DNA of 15,891 nucleotides from Gemmatimonadota bacterium (GTDB lineage Bacteria; Gemmatimonadota; Gemmatimonadetes; Longimicrobiales; Gaopeijiaceae): NCBI GenBank assembly GCA_039592115.1, contig JBDHCH010000105.1, positions 1 to 15,891 of the forward strand, read 5' to 3'. Shown piece by piece: positions 15,660 to 15,891 of this stretch (position 1 is its first letter; each line of letters starts with the position of its first letter). The notes under the pieces were generated by a model. It saw only the letters and a program-made list of their open reading frames with translations, ran no database searches and was not told where the DNA came from. The position numbers and the translations under genes were made by a program.

Positions 15660-15891
15660 CTAAAGTGCCCTAGGACCGCGTTCGCCGGTCCAGATCTTCA
15701 CCACTTCGCTGATCTCGGTGACGAATATGTGACCCCATCCCCCGGTCTCCTTCGCTCCTAGGGTAATGGCTTCGATCGCACGCTCCACGAGAGCGTCTTT
15801 TACAGCCACCTCCACGCGCACCCGCCGGAAGAGCGTGACTTCACGGCGGACCCCCCGAAACATCTGCTGCTCCGTTTTCGGGGCGGTCCCC
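15660..15891 (-). CDS. glnB: Nitrogen regulatory protein PII, 5' partial (N-terminus beyond right edge)
   Basis: The C-terminal part ...TEQQMFRGVRREVTLFRRVRVEVAVKDALVERAIEAITLGAKETGGWGHIFVTEISEVVKIWTGERG aligns with the PII T-loop and C-terminus (KIFV...IRTGE). The frame stays open to the window end, and the stop TAG lies 8 nt before the glnA ATG. Confidence 0.85.
   Translation of the reverse strand, partial: GTAPKTEQQMFRGVRREVTLFRRVRVEVAVKDALVERAIEAITLGAKETGGWGHIFVTEISEVVKIWTGERGPRAL

Overview
High-GC bacterial chromosomal segment. The PadR-ADOP pair and Tat signal suggest Acidobacteria or Gemmatimonadota, by inference only. The six-frame track omits edge-truncated ORFs and contains many GC-rich antisense ORFs, so I re-derived frames by hand on both strands. 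Gene order, left to right: (1) a minus-strand operon of DinB-family secreted protein, then PP2C Ser/Thr phosphatase, then a membrane-anchored TPR protein that runs off the left edge, with ATGA stop/start coupling between the last two. (2) A divergent padR and an 886-aa duplicated FtsX-type orphan permease (ADOP family), with a 16-bp perfect palindrome overlapping a sigma70-like -10 element. (3) A convergent lipoprotein predicted to be a beta-propeller, followed by a GC hairpin terminator. (4) A small 4-TM membrane protein. (5) A minus-strand pair: a PAS-STAS (RsbR-like) gene with a TTG start that is interrupted by a 1-nt frameshift, followed by a 163-aa unknown protein joined by TAATG coupling. 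(6) A Tat-secreted metallo-beta-lactamase-fold hydrolase. (7) A bestrophin-family channel gene. (8) A second, 117-aa paralog of the unknown protein (about 85% aa and about 80% nt identity to the first), lying 60 bp downstream of a flotillin/SPFH gene. (9) glnA (GS type I) and a partial glnB (PII) at the right edge. The best candidate for an undescribed system is the duplicated small all-beta-C-terminus protein family that pairs once with a STAS scaffold protein and once with a flotillin scaffold protein, where NfeD is the usual flotillin partner. Two further candidates are the damaged PAS-STAS gene carrying a Cys/His-rich insert, and a 7-bp direct-repeat candidate operator in a 400-bp divergent intergenic region. 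No CRISPR array, tRNA, rRNA, transposase or integrase was seen.
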